From Candidatus Latescibacterota bacterium (GTDB lineage: Bacteria > Latescibacterota > UBA2968 > UBA8231): a stretch of 64,000 nucleotides of DNA. Both the position numbers and the translations under genes were made by a program. The stretch covers positions 864,001 through 928,000 of the forward strand of contig CBDCDC010000002.1 of assembly GCA_965215195.1 (NCBI GenBank). The letters are read 5' to 3'. Position 1 is the first letter of the stretch. The number at the start of each line of letters is the position of its first letter. Under the pieces are notes generated by a model that was given only the letters and a program-made list of their open reading frames with translations, made no database searches and was not told the DNA's origin. Shown piece after piece: positions 58,370 through 64,000 of the stretch.

Positions 58370-58677
58370 TCCTCCGCTTCCTCGGGCCGCCAGCGGAACT
58401 TTTGCAGATCGATGCGCCGCGCTGTAAAGACAACGCCCTCGCTGGCCAAAAGCTCGTATTGCAACAGATGAAATTTGCTGCCGCTGCGCGGCGAGACCTT
58501 GCCTTGGGCATTGATGATGCGGTGCCAAGGCAGGTCCCATTCTTCGGGCATACCCGCCAAGGCAAAGCCCACTTGCCGCGCCCGCCCCGGATAGCCGGCC
58601 AAGGTCGCGATCTGCCCGTAGGTAGCCACCTTGCCGTAGGGTACGCGAGCGATGGTCTCGTAGAACGCCCGGCGCAT
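58366..58677 (-). CDS. Alkyltransferase-like (Atl/YbaZ) MGMT family protein
   Basis: VPYGKVATYGQIA...ARQVG...LPWHRIIN, with W in place of the catalytic C. Confidence 0.92.
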   Translation of the reverse strand: MRRAFYETIARVPYGKVATYGQIATLAGYPGRARQVGFALAGMPEEWDLPWHRIINAQGKVSPRSGSKFHLLQYELLASEGVVFTARRIDLQKFRWRPEEAED

Positions 58678-58684
58678 GGTGCTC

Positions 58685-58924
58685 TCAGCAGTTGGGGGTC
58701 GCGGCCTCATCGCCCCCTTCCAAAAAATCTAGGGCCTTAGCGTAGCTGCGCTTCTCCAAGTAGTGGCGCAACTGTGCGGGCGCATCGTTCCAATCCCGGC
58801 CGATCTGGTCAATCCGCCGCACGTGAGCCGCCACCGAGTCGGCTTGGCCAGCCCCGATGGCTCCAAACATTTCCTTCAAGGTCGCGTGCAATTCGTCTCG
58901 TAGTGCCAATGCCATATCCTCCAT
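58685..58924 (-). CDS. Small hypothetical protein
   Basis: Fills the operon gap; helical, with PAQLRHYLEKRSYAKALDFL. Confidence 0.7.
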   Translation of the reverse strand: MEDMALALRDELHATLKEMFGAIGAGQADSVAAHVRRIDQIGRDWNDAPAQLRHYLEKRSYAKALDFLEGGDEAATPNC

Positions 58925-59647
58925 TCAGGCCGCCATGATGAGGTAGGAAAGCCACTCGGCGTACGGGTTGCGGATCGCGTAGCGCGTACCCGGGGGCAGG
59001 TGGATCATATCTCCTTCCCGGATCTCCTGTGCGCCGTCCTCGGCTTCCAAGACGCCGCTGTTTTCCAGCACGTAATAGACCTGCTCCAGCTCGGCGCAGC
59101 ACCGCTCAACCGTCTGTCCGCACGGCTGTACGGCCTCGCGGTCGATGCAGCGCAGCCCCTGCGTAAAACCCACCCCCGCCTCGCCGACCAGGCCTAACTG
59201 GTGCCAGCGCACCGCGCCCGCGCCGTCGCCCATGGCCGGCACGTCGCACCAGTTGCGGATGGCAAACTCGCCGCCATTGGCCGCGATCTTCTGGCTGATC
59301 ACGTGGTGTTCGAGCCAGTCCTCACTGGTGTCGTTAAACATCTGGTGGTGGACGCCCGACGGCAGGTACACTGCGTCGCCCTCCTGCACGGGGAAGCGCT
59401 CCTGGTCAAAGAGCACGTGGCCGCGGCCCGAGAGCACGTAGTACACCTGCTCGAGGTTTTCGTGCTTGTGGTAATCCGAATTCTTGCGGCCCTGGAGCGC
59501 GTGCCGGGCAAAGCCCTGTAGGCGCTCTAGGCAATGGCGCGGATCCGGATCGTCGTCGCCATCGCGGTCGCGCAACCCGCCCCAATGCACGGCGCTCAAA
59601 TGGGCTATGTTGGGTTGGATGTCGCGCCAATTGACGATGTACACCAT
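58925..59647 (-). CDS. Bicupin domain protein
   Basis: HKHENLEQVYYVLSG...EGDAVYLPSGVHH, with a second degenerate copy EQVYYVL...EGDMIHLPPG. Confidence 0.88.
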   Translation of the reverse strand: MVYIVNWRDIQPNIAHLSAVHWGGLRDRDGDDDPDPRHCLERLQGFARHALQGRKNSDYHKHENLEQVYYVLSGRGHVLFDQERFPVQEGDAVYLPSGVHHQMFNDTSEDWLEHHVISQKIAANGGEFAIRNWCDVPAMGDGAGAVRWHQLGLVGEAGVGFTQGLRCIDREAVQPCGQTVERCCAELEQVYYVLENSGVLEAEDGAQEIREGDMIHLPPGTRYAIRNPYAEWLSYLIMAA

Positions 59648-59665
59648 GTCTCCTTCCTCCTATGT

Positions 59666-60457
59666 TTACAGGGCGGCGATTTGGCGCATGCGCGCACCGA
59701 GATCAACGAGTTCATCGCGGCTGCCGCCCACTTCGTGAATCAGGGTGGAATCGTATCCCACCGCCCGCAGGGCGGCCATGACCGCCGGCCAGTCTGTGTC
59801 CCCTTCGAGCAGGTTGACGAAGCAGTGCTCACTGCGGCGAAAATCCTTAAAATGGACCTTCTTGATGCGCGGCCCCAACTCGCGGATCCAGTGCTCTGGG
59901 TAGCCGTAGGCCATCATATTGGCCGTGTCGAGATAGATGCCCACCCACTCGCTGCCGATTTCATCGACGAAAAGCCTAGCTTCGCGCGGGCTGAGCAGGA
60001 ACTTGTTCCAGACGTTTTCCAAGCCAATGGCCGCCCCCATGTCCTCGGCGAGGGGGACCGTATCGATCAGCGCGTCCCGCAACCCATCCCAAGCCTGCTG
60101 ATAGGTCCCCTCAACCGCTAGCTGGCCCGGGTGCAAAAGCACCCCATCAACCGCCAGCGCACCAGCGATCTCGAGCGAGCGCCGCAAGCACTTGAGACAT
60201 CGCTCGCGCTCGCCGGCATCGCGGCTGAGCAGATTGCCGCGCTCTTGGTACCAGACGATGACGCTGCCGATTTCAACGCCAGCGTCCGCGCACTGCTGCC
60301 CGACCTGCGCGATCTCGCTGGCACTCATGTTTGGATCCAAGTCCTTGCCCTCGGCAAAGACCAACTCCACGGCTTGGTAGCCAGCGTCCGCGCACAACCG
60401 CAGCGTGTCCGCCAGCGACACGTCTCCTAAGACGATTTGGGTAATCCCTATTTTCAT
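59666..60457 (-). CDS. Sugar phosphate isomerase/epimerase (hexulose-6-phosphate isomerase-like)
   Basis: IGLENVWNKFLLSP, YLDTAN, VHFKDF, LLEGDTDWPAV; AGGAGG RBS. Confidence 0.9.
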   Translation of the reverse strand: MKIGITQIVLGDVSLADTLRLCADAGYQAVELVFAEGKDLDPNMSASEIAQVGQQCADAGVEIGSVIVWYQERGNLLSRDAGERERCLKCLRRSLEIAGALAVDGVLLHPGQLAVEGTYQQAWDGLRDALIDTVPLAEDMGAAIGLENVWNKFLLSPREARLFVDEIGSEWVGIYLDTANMMAYGYPEHWIRELGPRIKKVHFKDFRRSEHCFVNLLEGDTDWPAVMAALRAVGYDSTLIHEVGGSRDELVDLGARMRQIAAL

Positions 60458-60468
60458 AAAAACCTCCT

Positions 60469-60913
60469 GGGATACTGACGTTTTGAAACGTCAGAGGGAT
60501 AAGGATTCAACGGACGACGGGCGGGCAACGCACCCGGCGTTGTTCGTCCCGGAGTCGGTTGAAAAAGGTTGCCGGTGTGAATACTTGTTCGTACTTCTTT
60601 TTTTAGGTTGAGCACCCAACCTTCAGATCCCAGAGCGTTCCACCGACTCCGGGCCGGGTCCACGCAACCGTACCGTTGCCTCTGTTCCTGCTGGCGTTCG
60701 CGTTCTGGTAGGTATCCGCACACCGGACGGTGCTGCGGCCGGATACCGAGGAGGCGTTTGGAAACGGCGACGGTTTTCAAGCCCAGCAGCCAGTACGGTG
60801 GTAATGCGTCTCGTATACTCCTCTCACTCGCTGAATACCGAGTCGCGGCGGAAGAGCGGGAGAGGGTAAAGCCGACTTCTTTAGAGGTCGGTGGCATTAC
60901 TATAGTACCTCCC
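60469..60913 (+). ncRNA. Candidate large structured non-coding RNA, family unassigned
   Basis: At least eight nested helices found by eye, with G-U wobbles consistently on the + strand. See findings. Confidence 0.55.
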
Positions 60914-61022
60914 CTTGGACAGAAAGTTACGACCCAGCCCGCTGGCCTTCCACACCCGTTTGAAGCCCGGACGCAAAATCGCTACGTTTGTCCTCCTAAC
61001 TTCAACTTAATAGGAGGCCATC

Positions 61023-61916
61023 ATGGCAGAAACAATCGGGTTTGTCGGCGTCGGGCGCATGGGTTCCAACATGGCCCGCAACCTCGCGGACAAAGGCTTC
61101 AACATCTCGGCCGTATTCGACGCTAGTGCCGACGCCGCCCAAGTTCTAGCCGCAGAGCTCAGCTGCGCCGCCCCCCAAACCTTAGCCGCGGTTACGGCCC
61201 AATCGGACGTGGTCATCACCGTGGTGACCGACGACGACGCAATGCGCTCAATCTTCGCCACTTCCGGCGACTCACTGCTCACCGATGCCAAAGGCACGAC
61301 CTTTATCAACTGCGCCACCATCTCGCCGGCCGTCCACGTAGAGGTCGAAGAGCGCACCGCCGCAGTCGGTGCCTCCTCGCTCGAAGGCTGCATGGCCTCT
61401 AGTATCACCCAAGCCCGCGAGGGCACCCTGTACCTAATGTGTGGCGGCAAGCGCAGCGTCTTTGACCAAGTGCATCCCATCCTCGACGCCCTGAGCGTTG
61501 ATTTGCGGTACATTGGCCCGGCCGGCCAAGCGGCCCAAGTCAAGGCCCTCGTCAACATGGTCATGAACATCAACACAGCCGGGCTAGCCGAGGGGTTGGG
61601 GCTAGGGCAAGCCCTCGGACTGAACCTAGAAATGCTGATGAAGGTCTTTTCTCAGACTGGCGCGAACTCACGGGTACTGGAAACCGACGGCGAGGACATG
61701 ACCATCCGCGACCACGAGTGCTATTTCTCCGCCGACCACGCGGCTAAAGATTCCGGCATCGCCCTTGAACTGGCGCAACAGGCCGGACTCAGCCTGCCGC
61801 TGGCGCAAGCGACCAAGGATCAATACGAAAAAATGAAAACGCTGGGCCTCGGCGATCTCGACAAGTCGGGCATTGCCGAGTTGACCTTTCCCGGCCGCAA
61901 AGGCTCCACGCAGTAG
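61023..61916 (+). CDS. NAD(P)-dependent oxidoreductase, 3-hydroxyisobutyrate dehydrogenase family
   Basis: IGFVGVGRMGSNMARNL, GTLYLMCGG, KALVNMV, KDSGIAL. Confidence 0.93.
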   Translation: MAETIGFVGVGRMGSNMARNLADKGFNISAVFDASADAAQVLAAELSCAAPQTLAAVTAQSDVVITVVTDDDAMRSIFATSGDSLLTDAKGTTFINCATISPAVHVEVEERTAAVGASSLEGCMASSITQAREGTLYLMCGGKRSVFDQVHPILDALSVDLRYIGPAGQAAQVKALVNMVMNINTAGLAEGLGLGQALGLNLEMLMKVFSQTGANSRVLETDGEDMTIRDHECYFSADHAAKDSGIALELAQQAGLSLPLAQATKDQYEKMKTLGLGDLDKSGIAELTFPGRKGSTQ

Positions 61917-61927
61917 CTACTTTCCGA

Positions 61928-61957
61928 GGGGGCGGGTCGCCGCAGACCTGCCCCTTT
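61928..61957. terminator. Hairpin between convergent genes
   Basis: GGGGCGGGTC/GACCTGCCCC stem. Confidence 0.55.
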
Positions 61958-61962
61958 CCTCG

Positions 61963-62487
61963 CTAGATTCGCCCGTGCCGGATGTCCACCATCCGCCGCG
62001 TCAGTTCAAACCGCAGCGCTTCCCCGCGGAAAAACCGCACGAACTCATCGACCATCACCGAGAAATAGCGGCCAAAGGTCTCGGGCGCATACCAAGCTAT
62101 ATGGGGGCTGACAAAGACGTTGGGCAGGTGGCGCAGGAGGCTGTCTTTGGGCAGCGGCTCTGGGTCGAAGACATCGAGTCCGGCGATTAGCTCGCCCCGC
62201 GCCAGCCGCTGCGTCAGTTCCCCGTAATCCACGACCGGCCCGCGACAGCAATTGATCAGGATGCGACCGCAGCCCAGCAAATCGAGCTCCCGCGCCCCGA
62301 TCATTTTTTCGGTCTTAGGCGTGTGTGGGACTTGAACGACGAGGATGTCGGCGTGTTGCAATACCTCGTCGAGCGAGCCGCGCACAATGCCCAGCTCAGC
62401 GGCCACTTCCTCGGGCAAATACGGGTCGGCGACGCGCAGGTCCACCCGAAAGGGGCTCGGCCTCTCCCACCGAATGAGGTCACTCAT
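61963..62487 (-). pseudogene. D-2-hydroxyacid dehydrogenase, C-terminal part only (probable internal deletion)
   Basis: ADPY, VPHTPKTEKMI, INCCRGPVVD, AGLDVFDPEPL, SPHIA are present; the substrate-binding N-domain and GxGxxG are absent. Confidence 0.7.
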
Positions 62488-63496
62488 GCATCGCCAACCA
62501 ATCAACTGCGGCTTGCCGCCGCGCCTGCGGCGTCTCTGCGTCCGCTGGCAAGCGGTGCAATTCCCAAGCGATCTCGTGCGTCAAGGTCTCGCCCACCTGC
62601 AAATAGACCCAAGGGCTTAACAATTCTAGTTCGGTGTAATCCGGGCAGGTATAGACCTCGGCACTCAGGCCCCCGTCCGGGTAGCGCTGGGTCGCATCGC
62701 GGCGAAAGAACTCGGCCATGACCACGTCGCCGACAATGCCGGCCAGCCAGCGATCCGAGTCCGCTCCGGTCTTCTGCGCCTCCACCGGGTCGGGCACGAA
62801 AATGCCAATGTCGCCCTCGATGGTGAAGTTGCGCATGGCCGCGCCCTCGGCAAAGCCAAAGGGATGGTAGCGCAGATCGAAGTGGCTGTGCGGGTTGAGC
62901 GGATAGAGGGTCTGCTCGGGCGGCCGGATTTGGGTGACGTTCCATATTGTGTAGCGCAACGGCTCAACCTTGGCGGCCACCAGCTTTTCGATCCGCTGGT
63001 GAATCTCCACGCGCGTACCCCGTTCCGCCAAGCGAATTTCGCGTACGCTGCGCGCCCCATTGTACTCGCTCACCGGGCTGGTGATCACCACTCCCCCGGG
63101 CAGCAACTCAACCTCGTGTACCGCGCCATCGAAAGCGTGGTCGGGCGGCCAAGAGTGGCCGTTGATTTTGACAAAATCGCTCTGCTGGTTGGGCCAGACC
63201 TTGTCGCCGCCAAAATTGGTCCACGCGTACTGGCCTTCCTCATCGACATTGGGCTGGCCGCCGGGCAGCACCTGACCGTGAAGCTCGGGATCGGACCAGA
63301 GAATGTTTTCGCCCCCGACAAACCCGTAGTGCATGATGCGACCAATGGCCGGCACCACGACTACGCGCACATCGGGATTGGCAATTTCAATCGAGTTTGC
63401 CCAACCCTCGTATTCGATTTTCTCGACTGTGACCTCGGCCATAGCGGGCGCGACCAGCGCCAGTACCCACCCAACAGTCCATTGTAACCTGCACAT
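62480..63496 (-). CDS. Exported protein, galactose mutarotase-like/DUF4380-like
   Basis: Signal peptide; YEGW...VVVPAIGRIM...GENILW...NFGGDKVWP...YTELELLSP. Confidence 0.7.
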   Translation of the reverse strand: MCRLQWTVGWVLALVAPAMAEVTVEKIEYEGWANSIEIANPDVRVVVVPAIGRIMHYGFVGGENILWSDPELHGQVLPGGQPNVDEEGQYAWTNFGGDKVWPNQQSDFVKINGHSWPPDHAFDGAVHEVELLPGGVVITSPVSEYNGARSVREIRLAERGTRVEIHQRIEKLVAAKVEPLRYTIWNVTQIRPPEQTLYPLNPHSHFDLRYHPFGFAEGAAMRNFTIEGDIGIFVPDPVEAQKTGADSDRWLAGIVGDVVMAEFFRRDATQRYPDGGLSAEVYTCPDYTELELLSPWVYLQVGETLTHEIAWELHRLPADAETPQARRQAAVDWLAMHE

Positions 63497-63538
63497 ATTC
63501 GCTCTCCACTGATTGTGATTAATAGTCAGTCCACAACC

Positions 63539-64000
63539 TCATCTAAGCGCCGAAACGCCGCCGCCCTTGAGGGCGCGGGCGACTTCCTTTTCGACCTCGT
63601 CTCGCGTGACCATGGTGGTGTCGCCGATGCACTCCTGCACCAAGATGCCGTGGGCAGCCCCCCACTGCACCGCGTCGGCGGCCCCCCGACCGTCGAGCAG
63701 GGCCGCGATCACGCCCGAGGCAAAGGAATCGCCGCCGCCGGTGCGATCGGCGATTTCGATGTTTTCGCGCACGGCCGCCTCGTAGATTGCGTCCTCCTCC
63801 ACGTCGAAGAGCACGGCCCCCCAGTTGATGCGGTCGGCCGTCAGCGCACCGCGCAACTGCGTGCCGATGTACTTGAGGTTCGGATAGTCCTCGGCGACTT
63901 GGCGCAGCGTCTTGGTGTAGATGGTCAACCACTGATCAAAGCTGGCGTCCTTGGCCACCTTTTCGGTCTCGTAGCCCAGCGCGTCGTCAAAGTCGTCTTG
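63539..64000 (-). CDS. PfkB family sugar kinase (KDG kinase-like), 5' end outside the window
   Basis: DRTGGGDSFASG PfkB signature. Confidence 0.88.
   Translation of the reverse strand, partial: QDDFDDALGYETEKVAKDASFDQWLTIYTKTLRQVAEDYPNLKYIGTQLRGALTADRINWGAVLFDVEEDAIYEAAVRENIEIADRTGGGDSFASGVIAALLDGRGAADAVQWGAAHGILVQECIGDTTMVTRDEVEKEVARALKGGGVSALR

Noticed and set aside
60797-60808. GGTGGTAATGCG resembling a T-box antiterminator
   Set aside because: No stem I/specifier motifs, no terminator T-run after it, and the downstream gene is not amino-acid related.
60655-60870. Short resemblances to raiA-motif RNA (TCCACG, GAGAGGGTAA) and group II intron domain V (GTACGGT)
   Set aside because: Isolated words only; other conserved elements and their order do not match, and there is no RT/maturase nearby.
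60454-60897. 147-aa minus-strand ORF with a GGGGAGG RBS and ATGA overlap onto the isomerase gene
   Set aside because: No recognisable protein features and R/P/S-rich composition; the downstream gene has its own RBS, and the dense base-pairing explains the region better. Not fully excluded.

Overview
GC-rich bacterial chromosomal window with about 60 protein genes and two tRNAs (Tyr-GTA, initiator Met-CAT). It mixes housekeeping genes (argG, mdh, lepA, hemW, rpsT, aspS, a phoH/7TM-HD/ybeY/corC/lnt run, a sigma-70 factor) with many sugar/sugar-acid catabolic paralogues (enolase-superfamily dehydratases, Gfo/Idh/MocA, DHDPS-like, TIM-barrel isomerases, cupins, PfkB). This repertoire, plus CRTAC1-like, PhyH, sulfotransferase and Ig-repeat proteins, resembles Latescibacterota/FCB-related or sponge-associated genomes (inference only). 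Accessory content: an MNT-HEPN pair, a C5 methyltransferase plus GIY-YIG nuclease, two toxin-antitoxin loci whose toxin is largely deleted (vapBC, DUF4160/DUF2442), a decayed IS701-like element inside a cysM-mec-cysO-cysK cluster, a solo HNH nuclease, and a 2505-aa autotransporter with about 21 Ig-like units and near-identical 861-bp tandem repeats. The best candidates for something undescribed are (1) a roughly 440-nt, densely base-paired intergenic segment at 60469-60913 that looks like a large structured RNA I cannot assign to a known family, and (2) a non-canonical ExbB/ExbD-like motor operon (14221-16612) with no TonB in view, converging on two coiled-coil envelope genes. All calls come from reading motifs by eye; no searches or folding programs were run, and several start codons were adjusted from the ORF track using RBS position.
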